64,000 nucleotides of DNA from an uncultured Nitrospiraceae bacterium. Its GTDB lineage: Bacteria; Nitrospirota; Thermodesulfovibrionia; Thermodesulfovibrionales; Dissulfurispiraceae. Shown here one piece after another: positions 20,161 to 30,961 of the stretch (position 1 is its first letter; each line of letters opens with the position of its first letter). A program made the translations under genes and the position numbers. The stretch is from positions 128,001 to 192,000 of the forward strand of contig CAVPIW010000005.1 in NCBI GenBank assembly GCA_963705105.1, in the 5' to 3' direction. The notes beneath the pieces are model-generated. The model was not told the origin of the DNA, searched no databases, and saw nothing but the letters and a program-made list of their open reading frames with translations.

Positions 20161-21051
20161 TCAGACCATCTCGCAGTATTCTTCCCCGATGCGGGCGTTC
20201 AGTACCTCGAGCTCCATGTCCCTGTCCTCTCCGAGGACGCCGAACGCATCGGCCCTGCACTGCTTGCAGTGTGTCATCTGCTCGATATAGGGAGAGCATT
20301 CCCCGCGGATTTTCGCGATCATCTCCCTCGAAGGCCGCTGCAGGGACTCGAATTCAGCCTGCGGAATGAGAGGGATGATGTTCTGAATGTCGGCGCCCTG
20401 GCTCCCTGCAAGCCGGGCGATGAGAGGCATCTCGGCATCGTTGACCCCCGGTATATAAACCGTATTGATTTTTACCATGAAGCCGGCGTCTACGGCATTC
20501 ACGAGTCCTCTCTGCTGGTTGGCCACGATCTGGGCGGCCGCGTCTGCGCCCCGGAGGACCCTTCCGCGGTACTGCACCCAGGAGTATATCCTTTCCGCCA
20601 CCTCAGGGGCCAGGGCATTGATCGTTATCGTGACGCTCCTGACGCCGGCCTCCATGAGGTCCCCGATCCTGTCCGGAAGGGACAGGCCGTTCGTGGAGAC
20701 GCAGAGCGTCAGGTCGGGGAATTCACGGTTGATTTGTTTCAGCGTTTTGAACGCTGCATCATTGGCGAGAACGTCTCCGGGACCCGCAATGCCTATGACC
20801 GAGAGGTTCTCGTTTCTTTCGACGACGGCACGCACGCGCTCCAGCGCCTCCGAGGGGGAAAGCACCCTGCTGGTGATGCCCGGCCTCGATTCGTTTGCGC
20901 AGTCGTACTTGCGGATGCAGTAGCGGCACTGGATGTTGCAGGCCGGCGCCACCGGCAGGTGAATGCGTCCGAACCTGTGATGGGCCTCCTTCGAAAAACA
21001 GGGATGGGTCTTCCGTATGTCCTTCTCCCTGAACAGCGGCAGTTTCATCAT
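20161..21051 (-). CDS. nifB: FeMo-co biosynthesis radical SAM protein NifB (SAM domain only)
   Basis: HPC, CNIQCRYC, ESRPG, AGPG, CKQCRADA; no NifX-like C-terminal domain. Confidence 0.93.
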   Translation of the reverse strand: MMKLPLFREKDIRKTHPCFSKEAHHRFGRIHLPVAPACNIQCRYCIRKYDCANESRPGITSRVLSPSEALERVRAVVERNENLSVIGIAGPGDVLANDAAFKTLKQINREFPDLTLCVSTNGLSLPDRIGDLMEAGVRSVTITINALAPEVAERIYSWVQYRGRVLRGADAAAQIVANQQRGLVNAVDAGFMVKINTVYIPGVNDAEMPLIARLAGSQGADIQNIIPLIPQAEFESLQRPSREMIAKIRGECSPYIEQMTHCKQCRADAFGVLGEDRDMELEVLNARIGEEYCEMV

Positions 21052-21080
21052 CGATTGTCCCTCTCTTTCACGTGATTACG

Positions 21081-21274
21081 CCCTCCGGAAAAGCGGGGCG
21101 AAGATGCCGAAAAGAATTGGTGCTGCGAAACCTTTGCCTTCCCATAAGGGTCATGTCAGTCCAATGGTTGATGAAAGGTCGGATGGAATCCCGAACTTCC
21201 AATTTTAATGATCATTCTCACTATCAGCAAAGCTTTGAAGCACTTTGCCCCGCTTTTTCGTGTAACTGACAAGG
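21081..21274 (+). repeat. Fold-back repeat family A, copy 3
   Basis: gaaaagcggggcgaag ... ctttgccccgctttttc. Confidence 0.85.
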
Positions 21275-21279
21275 CGGCC

Positions 21280-21555
21280 TTAGAGCTCTATGTGCATCTG
21301 GCAGCGTCTTGTGCACGTCCTGGCGCAGGCCTCGCAGCCGATGCAGTTGTCCGGGTTGGCAACGGACATGACCTTGTTGCCCATGTCGTCACCGTATTCG
21401 TCCTCACCCTGGAAGGGCTTTTCGATCAGTTCGAGCACCTCCCTGCTGCAGACCTTGTAGCAGCGGCCGCAGCCTATGCATTTCACCACGTCTATCGACT
21501 CTATGAACCGGGGCGTCCATGCCTGCCCGCCCCGCGTATAGGCTAACACTGACAT
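21280..21555 (-). CDS. fdxB: nif-specific ferredoxin III
   Basis: TRGGQAWTP, CIGCGRCYKVC, CIGCEACARTC; AAGGAGG RBS. Confidence 0.9.
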   Translation of the reverse strand: MSVLAYTRGGQAWTPRFIESIDVVKCIGCGRCYKVCSREVLELIEKPFQGEDEYGDDMGNKVMSVANPDNCIGCEACARTCTRRCQMHIEL

Positions 21556-21599
21556 AACCGTTCCTCCTTGTATTTCCCCCAATATTTCAACCACCATCG

Positions 21600-21818
21600 A
21601 AAGAGGCGGGGTGTATGCGCCGAAAAGCCCTGGTGCGGCGACACCTTTACCGTCACAAAAGACGGCGTTTCAAGACATTGGTCGATCACACAGAGAGTGG
21701 AATCCTGCAGGGGCCGTTCCCCGAACGGCCCGACATTAAGGCTGCTGACACGGACACTCACACTGACACTGTCTTTCAGAGCGCTTCGCCCCGCCTTTTC
21801 ATGCGCCTGCAAGGCTCA
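21600..21818 (+). repeat. Fold-back repeat family A, copy 4 (contains nested REP palindrome)
   Basis: Both arms present; right end overlaps the nifI2 stop codon. Confidence 0.85.
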
Positions 21819-22235
21819 TGCGATCGCCTCTCCGTTCGTCTCACCCGTCCGCACGCGCATCGCCCACTCGATGGGGCTGACGAATATCTTCCCGTCGCCG
21901 GTCTTGCCGGTCTGGTTGACTTTGATGATCGACTTGACGATCTTCGTGACGAGATCATCGGGGACCACCATCGTCAGCATGCGTTTCGGCACGAAGAGGG
22001 CCACCTTCGGCAGAGAGTGCTCCAGCGCATATTTGGACGGCGTCGGCGTCAGCTTGACGGAGGTGCAGAACTTCTCCGGCAGCTCGGGATCGAGGTCGTT
22101 GTCGCACACCATGCCCTTCTGCTTTCCCCTGCCGTCGACGCTCTGGATCGTGAGAGAGGGAAAGCCGAGTTCCTCCAGGACCTTCTTTGTTTCCGGCAGC
22201 TTGTCTCTCCTGATAATCGCGGTGATCTCCTTCAT
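21816..22235 (-). CDS. nifI2: PII-family nitrogen regulator NifI2
   Basis: MKEITAIIR, GRGKQKG, long T-loop, TGDGKIFV. Confidence 0.85.
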   Translation of the reverse strand: MKEITAIIRRDKLPETKKVLEELGFPSLTIQSVDGRGKQKGMVCDNDLDPELPEKFCTSVKLTPTPSKYALEHSLPKVALFVPKRMLTMVVPDDLVTKIVKSIIKVNQTGKTGDGKIFVSPIEWAMRVRTGETNGEAIA

Positions 22236-22549
22236 AGCACCGCCTCCCCCGTTCGTATGGTATAGGATGTCTCGACGGGGCTGATGAATATCTTGCCGTC
22301 ACCCACAAACCCCGTCCTGGACTTGTCCATCATGATCTTTACGATCCTGTCGACGTCCCCGTCATTGACGACCATCATGACCAGCATCTTGGGCAGTTCG
22401 TCGTAATGGACGGGCCCGACCTGCAATCCCTTCTGCTTTCCCCTTCCGAAAACAGGCATCTTGGTGAGTGACGGGAAGCCCGCGCCCTCCAGCGCCTGCA
22501 CGACCTCCTGTTCCTTTTCCGGTCTTATGAATGCCCTGATCATCTTCAT
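22232..22549 (-). CDS. nifI1: PII-family nitrogen regulator NifI1
   Basis: MKMIRAFIRPEK, GRGKQKG, YDELPK, GDGKIF; 105 aa. Confidence 0.88.
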   Translation of the reverse strand: MKMIRAFIRPEKEQEVVQALEGAGFPSLTKMPVFGRGKQKGLQVGPVHYDELPKMLVMMVVNDGDVDRIVKIMMDKSRTGFVGDGKIFISPVETSYTIRTGEAVL

Positions 22550-22597
22550 CGTTGTTGCCTCCCTCTATTGGTATCTGTGTTGGTGCCGTCCGACACT

Positions 22598-22819
22598 GTT
22601 AACCTAAACGTTACAATCTGACCGTCGGAATGGCGGGGCGAAGATGCCGAAAAGCCCTGGTGCTGCGAAACCTATGCCTTCCCCTGCGGATCACCTCAGG
22701 CGGTCGGTTGTTGATACGCATGATGGAATACGGAATTTCCAATTTAAAAATGATCGTTCTTGCTGTCAGCAAGGCTTTGAGGCACTTTGTCTCGCCATTT
22801 CATTCAACTACAAGGCTAA
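22598..22819 (+). repeat. Fold-back repeat family A, copy 5
   Basis: gttaacc..gaatggcggggcgaag ... ctttgtctcgccatttc..caaggctaa; overlaps the nifX stop codon. Confidence 0.85.
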
Positions 22820-23211
22820 TCGTTCATGAGCGCCTTTTTGAGCCACGGCGGCGGAGATTTCCTAATAGTGTCCAGAAGGCTTGCCAGCGAGTCCTCGATG
22901 GACACGACCTCCTTCACCTTGATCGGCATCATCCCCTTGCGCACGAGGCGCGCCGCCGAGGGACCTCCTATCTCGGTCAGGTAGACGATCCTGCAATCAG
23001 CCAGACTGTCCACCTTGTCCTGCACGCGGTCGTCGTGCACCCGGCCCATCCCCTTCGTCTCCACGATCGCCTGGTCCACGCCGTCGGCAAACGTGCGCAT
23101 CTCGACGAAACGGTACCCGTTGGTGTTCATTTCATAGACGGCGAACCTGCCCGCCCTGCCGAAGTGTTCGTCGACGGATGTCCCGTCTGTCGTTGCAAAC
23201 GCCACTTTCAT
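22816..23211 (-). CDS. nifX: FeMo-co carrier NifX
   Basis: MKVAFAT, VDEHFG, IGGPSAA, PPPWLKKAL; TGATG coupling to nifEN. Confidence 0.92.
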   Translation of the reverse strand: MKVAFATTDGTSVDEHFGRAGRFAVYEMNTNGYRFVEMRTFADGVDQAIVETKGMGRVHDDRVQDKVDSLADCRIVYLTEIGGPSAARLVRKGMMPIKVKEVVSIEDSLASLLDTIRKSPPPWLKKALMND

Positions 23212-25868
23212 CAGTGCGCCTCCTTTGCCAGTATGTTCGCTGCATCCTGTATAAGGCACAGGGTACCGTGGTACCCTGTGGTGATCCCGTTCGCATGGCC
23301 GAAGATCCTGTAGACGGGGAACCCCGCCTGGAGCAGCGGAGTGCCCAGTCGCGCCGCCGTGTCTTCAGCGTGGGAATTCGATATGAGCAGGTCGAACTCT
23401 CCTTCGATCGAAAAGAGGTCGCCCACCATGACGCGGTCCGCCCGGATCAGCCCTGCAGCGGCGGAAGAAACAGGCACGACGGCAAGGGGTATATCTGCGG
23501 CCATCTCTGCCAGCCAGTGCGAGGTCTGCAGTGCGTGGTCCGGATCGAGGGCGATGCAGACCCTCTTTCTTCCAAAATGGATATGGGCGTCCCTCATGCC
23601 GTCCACGAGGATTCTCCGCTGCCTCCCGTAACGCGCCGGCACCGGCTTGCCGCCGAGCATGGAGAGCGTCTCCATAAAGCGGTCCGTGTCTTCCAGGCCT
23701 GAAAGGCTGTGAAAGACCCTGTACCCGATGCCGAACCGCTCATTCAGAACCCGGGCCGCCGGTTCCAGACTCCCGCCGAGCACGAGTGTGAACCCGGCAG
23801 AGCCCATGGACTCCACCTCCTCAATGTCCGTCCCTCCCGATGCAAGCGGAGATATGCCCTCCCTGCTTCCGTCGAGACAGGAGAGATCGGGCAGCATGAC
23901 CGGTCTCAACCCGAAGGCCTCCGCCGTCTCCCTCAGTTCGAGAAAGTCCGCAGGGGTCAGATGGGAACCAGCCATGATATTCACTTTGCCGGGACTGCGG
24001 CCGGGATGTCCGGTTGTCTTGTTTCCGACGACAGTCCGGACAAGGGCCTCGACGGCCCTTGCGTACCCCTCCTCCAGGCCTCCCTCGTAATCCGGCGTCG
24101 GCACATGGATAATCCTTGTCTCTGCCCCATCGCTCCGGGATTTTACCGTGAGTCTCCTGACCACGGCCGGCACGTCATCGCCCTTCACCTCCGTCAGGCC
24201 GGAGGTGAGGACACCGATCACGTCGGGGCCGTTCTTGTCTTTGAACTCGCGGACTGTCGCCTCCAGCCGCTCTTCGCTGCCCATAACCGCATCCTCGACG
24301 AATATTTTCGTGCTCCCGAGGGCCACGGGTTCTCTAAAATGCTTCGTCAGGAGCACCTTTGCGAGGAAGGTGCACCCCTGAGCGCCGTGTAGCACGGGCA
24401 GCGCGTTGTGGATGCCCTGGAAGGCCATGGCTGCGCCGATCGAGGCGGAGTGCTTCAGGGGATCGATGAGGACGTTCCGCGTACTCTCCGCCTTCACAGG
24501 CACGCCTTTTCCCGCGCCCGCCTGCGGTCTTCCTCCTCCATCTGCCCTCTCATAGAACCTGATGCTGTTGCTGATCTGTTCCGCGAGGTTGACGAGACCG
24601 TCATAGCCTGCATAGGCGACGTGGCGCTCCTGGTTCACATCGACGAAGGGGTAGCCCTCCTTGATCGCCAGATACTGGTTTCTGCCTCCCGCCACGAGGA
24701 TGTGAGCGCCGCGCTCCGTCAGGAGCCTCTTGAGGTTCTTCGGCGTCACGTCCTCCACGAGCGGGGCCTCCTCACCCATGATCTCTCTCATCTTCTCCTC
24801 ATCCTCAAAGGTGCTCTTCTTCGTCCCGACGGCAACGATCTCAATGCCGAGGTCCATGAGCGCCGATATGAAGGACCAGCTTTTGACACCCCCCGTGTAG
24901 AGCACGGCTTTCTTCCCTCTGAGGTGCTCATAGGACTCGATCTTCGCGGACAGCGCCGATTCCTCCGTGGCGATGACCCTTTCGACCTGTTCAGACAGGT
25001 CCGCCATCCCACCTACGGCTTTTGCCGTCTGCGCCATTTTTCTCAGCGCCTTCGCCATCTCCGTTTTTCCGAAGAACGACACCTCCGCATAGGGTATGCC
25101 GTATCTCTGCTCCATCCCTTTGGCGACGTTGATCAGCGCCCTGCTGCAGACGACCACGTTCAGATTTGCCCGGTGCGCCCATGTGATTTCTTCAAAGGCG
25201 GCGTCGCCCGTCATGCGAGACAGCACGTTGAACCCCGCCCTCTTCAGCACCGGCTCGACGAGCCAGAGGTCTCCGGCGATGTTGTATTCGCCGATGAGGT
25301 TGATGTCGACCGTCAGCCCTTTTCCGTCGGAGAAAACCAAAGGAGGCGGAGGTTCTCCAGTCCCTATGACATAGTTCAGCAGGACCTCCCCGGCGATGCG
25401 GTTACCGAGGTTCTTGGGGCCCACAAACCCGGCAGCGTCAACGGGTATCACCCGTATGCCGAGCTCCGCCCCGGCCTCCTTGCAGACCGCCTCCATGTCC
25501 TCGCCGATCAGACCGGACACACAGGTGGAGTAGACGAATATCGCCTTCGGCTTCATCCTGCGATGTATCTCCCTGATTGCCGCCGAGAGTTTCGTCCCGG
25601 CGCCATAGACGATGTCCAGCTCGCCCATGTCCGTCGTGAATCCTCTCCTGTGGAGAGTCCCGCGGTGTGAACGGGTGCCCCTGCCTTCCCAGGAGTTGCC
25701 GCAGCAGGCGATCGGGCCGTGGACGAGATGGGCCGTATCTGCGATCGGCTGGAGCACGATCATGGCCCCGTCAAAGGCGCAGGACTCGCCTCCCCGGGAT
25801 CGGCAGATCTTGTCGCTCTTTTCCGTTGCACAGCCATGTTCCATCAATGTATCGACACTTTTTCTCAT
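23211..25868 (-). CDS. nifEN: Fused FeMo-co scaffold NifEN
   Basis: NifE part (CAFDGA, HGPIAC, YTGGVKSWS) in frame with NifN part (DPLKHS, HGAQGC); ATG 25868 with RBS. Confidence 0.93.
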   Translation of the reverse strand: MRKSVDTLMEHGCATEKSDKICRSRGGESCAFDGAMIVLQPIADTAHLVHGPIACCGNSWEGRGTRSHRGTLHRRGFTTDMGELDIVYGAGTKLSAAIREIHRRMKPKAIFVYSTCVSGLIGEDMEAVCKEAGAELGIRVIPVDAAGFVGPKNLGNRIAGEVLLNYVIGTGEPPPPLVFSDGKGLTVDINLIGEYNIAGDLWLVEPVLKRAGFNVLSRMTGDAAFEEITWAHRANLNVVVCSRALINVAKGMEQRYGIPYAEVSFFGKTEMAKALRKMAQTAKAVGGMADLSEQVERVIATEESALSAKIESYEHLRGKKAVLYTGGVKSWSFISALMDLGIEIVAVGTKKSTFEDEEKMREIMGEEAPLVEDVTPKNLKRLLTERGAHILVAGGRNQYLAIKEGYPFVDVNQERHVAYAGYDGLVNLAEQISNSIRFYERADGGGRPQAGAGKGVPVKAESTRNVLIDPLKHSASIGAAMAFQGIHNALPVLHGAQGCTFLAKVLLTKHFREPVALGSTKIFVEDAVMGSEERLEATVREFKDKNGPDVIGVLTSGLTEVKGDDVPAVVRRLTVKSRSDGAETRIIHVPTPDYEGGLEEGYARAVEALVRTVVGNKTTGHPGRSPGKVNIMAGSHLTPADFLELRETAEAFGLRPVMLPDLSCLDGSREGISPLASGGTDIEEVESMGSAGFTLVLGGSLEPAARVLNERFGIGYRVFHSLSGLEDTDRFMETLSMLGGKPVPARYGRQRRILVDGMRDAHIHFGRKRVCIALDPDHALQTSHWLAEMAADIPLAVVPVSSAAAGLIRADRVMVGDLFSIEGEFDLLISNSHAEDTAARLGTPLLQAGFPVYRIFGHANGITTGYHGTLCLIQDAANILAKEAH

Positions 25869-26069
25869 TATTGTCCACCTTTCTATGCCGCACGGGGACA
25901 GGGCATGATTTCTTCGCGAAATAAACTGCCTCAGTGCTTTGTCTTGCCTTGTTATTGAGTCATGCCTTCCCGCAGGCACACTGTGCGGCTCCCGCTTCGG
26001 CTCCGCCGTCGACTCCCGCCGCAGTTCACATTACCCGCTTCGCTTCAGAAACAATACCCTGTCCTCGTT

Positions 26070-26243
26070 AGGAAAGGCGGGGCGAAGATGCCGAAAAGCC
26101 TTGGTGCTGCGAAACCCTGGCCGTCACAAAGTCAACGTTTCAGAACGATGCCTGATAAATTGATCCATTTTCTGACACTTACACTCACACTGACACTATT
26201 TCAGAGCGCTTTGTCCCGCCTTTCCGCACAACTGCAAGGTTTT
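26070..26243 (+). repeat. Fold-back repeat family A, copy 6
   Basis: gaaaggcggggcgaag ... ctttgtcccgcctttc. Confidence 0.85.
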
Positions 26244-26248
26244 CCTTA

Positions 26249-27760
26249 TCACCGTATGACATCAAAGCTCGTCGTATGCATCGTCTTCCTGTCCATCTCG
26301 TCGAGCACCGTGTTCACCACCATGGTCACCAGGTTGATGACGCCCTGATATCCGATGACAGGATAGCGGTGCAGGTGGTGCCGGTCGAAGAGCGGGAACC
26401 CGACCCTGATCAGCGGCGTGCCCGTGTCCCTCCAGAGGAACTTCGCGTAGGAGTTGCCGATAAGAAGATCGACGGGTTCCGTGAACATGAGAGACCTCAG
26501 GTGCCACATATCCTTGTTGATATGCACCTTGCCGTCGGCTCCGAAAGGGCTTTCGGCGAGGAGGGCATAGGCCTCTTCCTCGAACTTCCTGTCTCCGTTG
26601 GTACAGACGATGTGCACCGGCATGGCCCCCATCTCGAGGAGAAAGCCGATCATGCCCAGAAGCTGGTCCGGGTCTCCGACGAGGGCGAACCTTTTCCCGT
26701 GCACGTAGGCATGGGAGTCGACCATGGCATCCACGGCGCGACCGCGCTCATCCTCGATCTCCCGCGGGACGGGCTTTCCGGTGATCTCCGACAATTCCTC
26801 GAAGAACCTGTCTGTGTTCCTTATGCCGATCATCGGCATCGCCGTCGCCTTCTGGCCCCACTCCTTCCTGATATACTCCATGGTCTTGGTGGTCGAGTAT
26901 TTCTGGAGAGCGATCGTCGCAAGGCTGTTGACCGAATCCGCAGCCTCCTCAAGCGGCGTCCCCCCGGGGTAGAGCCTGTATTCGCCCGTGTTGGGGGAGT
27001 CGAAGGAGGCGCTCGCGTCGGAAAGGAGTGTGTACCCGACATCCATGATCTTCATAAGCCTCTTGATCTCATGGTAGTCGCCGGTATAGGTGTCGAATCC
27101 CATGATGAGATTGACCCTGCCGTTCGGTGCGCCTTTTTTGCCTGCCGTCACCGCCGTCAGGATGCCCTTCATCATGTTGTCGTACCCGGTGATGTGGGAA
27201 CCGACAAAACTGGGCGTATGGGCAAAGGGCACGGGAAGGTCCTTCGGGATGAGCTGCTTCTCCCTTGCCGTCTTGATGTAGGCGTTCAGGTCGTCGCCGA
27301 TCACTTCAGTCATGCAGGTGGTGCAGACCGACAGCATCTTCGGTTTATAGAGGCTGTGCGCGTTCTCTATGCCTTCGAGCATGTTGTTCAGCCCGCCGAA
27401 GACCGCGGCATCCTCGGTCATGGATGTCGACACGGCAGCCATGGGTTCCTTGAAATGCCTATTCAGATGGCTTCTGAAGTAGGCGACGCATCCCTGGGCG
27501 CCCTGGACGAAAGGCAGTGTGCCGTCGAACCCCGAGGAGCAGAAGATCGCTCCCAGGGGCTGGCACGCCTTCGCCGGGTTGATCTTGATGTTCTTCCGTT
27601 TGAAGTTGAGCTCCCTGTATTCCTCGCTCTTTGTCCACTCCGCGACCTTCCTGACCTCTTCCTCCGTCGGGCCGTTCTCGAACTCCTTCTTATCTTCAAA
27701 CTGCCTGCAATAAGCCTCTTCCAGGAACAGCTCGTTGTGGTCTTTTATCTTCAGTGTCAT
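26249..27760 (-). CDS. nifK: Nitrogenase MoFe protein beta chain
   Basis: NPAKACQPLG, GAQGC, TTCMTEVIGDD, TPSFVGSH. Confidence 0.97.
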   Translation of the reverse strand: MTLKIKDHNELFLEEAYCRQFEDKKEFENGPTEEEVRKVAEWTKSEEYRELNFKRKNIKINPAKACQPLGAIFCSSGFDGTLPFVQGAQGCVAYFRSHLNRHFKEPMAAVSTSMTEDAAVFGGLNNMLEGIENAHSLYKPKMLSVCTTCMTEVIGDDLNAYIKTAREKQLIPKDLPVPFAHTPSFVGSHITGYDNMMKGILTAVTAGKKGAPNGRVNLIMGFDTYTGDYHEIKRLMKIMDVGYTLLSDASASFDSPNTGEYRLYPGGTPLEEAADSVNSLATIALQKYSTTKTMEYIRKEWGQKATAMPMIGIRNTDRFFEELSEITGKPVPREIEDERGRAVDAMVDSHAYVHGKRFALVGDPDQLLGMIGFLLEMGAMPVHIVCTNGDRKFEEEAYALLAESPFGADGKVHINKDMWHLRSLMFTEPVDLLIGNSYAKFLWRDTGTPLIRVGFPLFDRHHLHRYPVIGYQGVINLVTMVVNTVLDEMDRKTMHTTSFDVIR

Positions 27761-27792
27761 TGTTACCTCCCTGCAGTGTTCGGAGAATTGCT

Positions 27793-27843
27793 TAAACCTT
27801 ATCGTTGCATATGCGCTCAGGAAAGGCGGGGCGAAGGCGCCCG
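27793..27843 (+). repeat. Fold-back repeat family A, copy 7 (left arm only)
   Basis: taaaccttatcgttgca..gaaaggcggggcgaag. Confidence 0.8.
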
Positions 27844-27860
27844 GGCCCGCCGGATCGACG

Positions 27861-29288
27861 TCATTTCTTTTTCCGTATCAGGTTCCACGTCGGGCTGTTC
27901 ACGGTCATGTCCATGTCCCTTGCGAAGACGGGGAACCCGTCGAACCCGTGATAGGGACCCGAATAGTCCCAGGAGTGCATCTGCCTGAAGGGCACCCCCA
28001 TTTTATGATAGGAGTATTTCTCCTTGATGCCCGAGCCGACCATGTCCGGTTTCAACCTCCGGGTGAACTCTTCCAGCTCATAGAGGGTGGCGTCGTCCAT
28101 GATCACGGCGCCCTCTTTCACCTCCGGATAGGTCCTTTTGTAGTCATCGTTATGGCCGAATTCGTATCCCGACGCCACCACTTCCATGCCGAGGTCTTCA
28201 TAGGCGCCGATAGTATGCCTTGGTCTCAGACCACCCACATAGAGCATCACCTTCTTGCCCTCGAGGCGCGGCCTGTACTCGGCGATGACAGCATCCATCA
28301 CCGGCTTATACTTCTCTATCATTTTCTCGGCCTTTTCCCTGATCGTGTCGTCGAAATAGGACGCGATCTTCCGGATGCTCTGATAGATCTTCGTCGGCCC
28401 GAAGAAGTTGAACTCCACCCAGGGGATGCCGTACTGCTCCTCCATATGCCTGCATATATAGTTCATCGACCGGTAGCAGTGGATGAGGTTCAGCTTCGCC
28501 TTGTGCGCGATGCCGAGCTCGTTCACCGACGCGTCGCCCGTCCACTGGGCGATCACCCTCAGGCCCATCTCTTCGAGCATCTTCCGCGACGCCCAGGCAT
28601 CGCCGCCGATGTTGTAGTCGCCGATGAGGGCCACGTCATACGGGGTCGTCTTCTCGAGGGTGCCTTTGCCCATCACATAGTCCCTGATCGTGTCGTTCGC
28701 GATGTGATGACCGAGGGACTGGCTTACACCCCTGAAGCCTTCGCACCGCACCGGCACGATGGGCATCATGAACTCCTTCTCCACCTTCTTTGATACCGCT
28801 TCTATATCGTCTCCTATGAGGCCGACAGGGCACTCGGAAAGAATGCCGATGCCCTTTGCAAGCGGAAAAAGCTCCTTCAGCTCATGAAGAGCGGCATCGA
28901 GGCCCTTGTCCCCTCCGTAGACGATGTCTTTTTCCTGAAAGTCCGTCGTGATATGCATGGTGCCGAAGGTGTCGACTCCGGTCCGGCCGTTATAGTAGTT
29001 CCTCCGCGACCACCAGCTGTACTGACCGCACCCGACAGGGCCATGGCTGATGGTGAGCTGGTCCTTGACGGGGCCCCAGACGACGCCCTTCGCTCCCGCA
29101 TAGGCACACCCTCTGACCGTCATAACGCCGGGACGGGACTTGATGTTCGACTTCACCTGGCAGGCGCTGCACTGCCCTGTCGGGTCGTTTGCCGCGAGGT
29201 GCTTTGCCCTGTCCTTTTTTGCCTTTTCAGGATAGGCGTCGAGGACCTCCTCGATCATCTTCTGTGTATCTTTAATGGCTGTGCTCAC
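27861..29288 (-). CDS. nifD: Nitrogenase MoFe protein alpha chain
   Basis: [37 protein letters not shown] start after AAGGAG. Confidence 0.97.
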   Translation of the reverse strand: MSTAIKDTQKMIEEVLDAYPEKAKKDRAKHLAANDPTGQCSACQVKSNIKSRPGVMTVRGCAYAGAKGVVWGPVKDQLTISHGPVGCGQYSWWSRRNYYNGRTGVDTFGTMHITTDFQEKDIVYGGDKGLDAALHELKELFPLAKGIGILSECPVGLIGDDIEAVSKKVEKEFMMPIVPVRCEGFRGVSQSLGHHIANDTIRDYVMGKGTLEKTTPYDVALIGDYNIGGDAWASRKMLEEMGLRVIAQWTGDASVNELGIAHKAKLNLIHCYRSMNYICRHMEEQYGIPWVEFNFFGPTKIYQSIRKIASYFDDTIREKAEKMIEKYKPVMDAVIAEYRPRLEGKKVMLYVGGLRPRHTIGAYEDLGMEVVASGYEFGHNDDYKRTYPEVKEGAVIMDDATLYELEEFTRRLKPDMVGSGIKEKYSYHKMGVPFRQMHSWDYSGPYHGFDGFPVFARDMDMTVNSPTWNLIRKKK

Positions 29289-29412
29289 TCGTTTCTCCTT
29301 TTTGCAGGACGAGGACTTCAGCATTTATATGCCGCCCGGCTGAAGCTCCTCATCCCTCCGCTGTATGGTTACTACGGAAACCAGACGACCAACGCACCGA
29401 CGGGGGCGTCGT

Positions 29413-29462
29413 CTTCAGCACGTTTAGGCGCTTTGCCCCACCTTTTCACGCAACCGCAAAGT

Positions 29463-29465
<3 letters not shown>
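29413..29465 (+). repeat. Fold-back repeat family A, copy 8 (right arm)
   Basis: ggcgctttgccccaccttttcacgcaac; overlaps the nifH stop codon. Confidence 0.75.
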
Positions 29466-30467
<1,002 letters not shown>

Positions 30468-30510
30468 TCATCTTTCTCCTGACCCCCCGCCCGCCAGGGG
30501 GGACAAAAGC

Positions 30511-30717
30511 GTTAACCTTATCGTTGCAATACACTCCCGGGAAAGGCGGGGCTGGGGTGAATGCGCCGAAAACCTTGCTGCGGCGACACCAATGCCTTCC
30601 ATGAAAACCATTCACCCGACGGCTGAAAAAAGGTGAGCCTTTGCAGACACTCACACTGTCACTGACGCTGTTCTTCAGAGCGCTTCGCCCCGCCTTTTCA
30701 TGCAACAGAACGGTTAA
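30511..30717 (+). repeat. Fold-back repeat family A, copy 9 (complete termini)
   Basis: ttaaccttatcgttgca ... tgcaacagaacggttaa plus inner arms. Confidence 0.9.
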
Positions 30718-30747
30718 AAGGGACGGATCGCGGGGACCGGAAAAAAC

Positions 30748-30776
30748 TTGACATGATATGATAAAAAAAGTATATA
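30748..30776 (+). promoter_or_regulatory. Sigma70-type promoter of the FDH operon
   Basis: TTGACA-N17-TATATA. Confidence 0.55.
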
Positions 30777-30961
30777 GTACACTGCTGAAAAATACGGGAT
30801 TTCATCGGAATCGTCACGCAATTGAACAGACGGCGCAATTCCGCCATGGTGCAGGTAATGAACGGTTCTCCGTGTCAAAGGTCCTGAAATAAAAGGCCGG
30901 CCGGAGGGCCTTTCCGTACAAAACACGATGTGTCAAGCATCAACGCGATGGGAGATTAAGG

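Noticed and set aside
30783..30961. Moco/Wco riboswitch in the FDH leader
   Set aside because: Could not identify the conserved motif by eye; an Rfam scan would be needed
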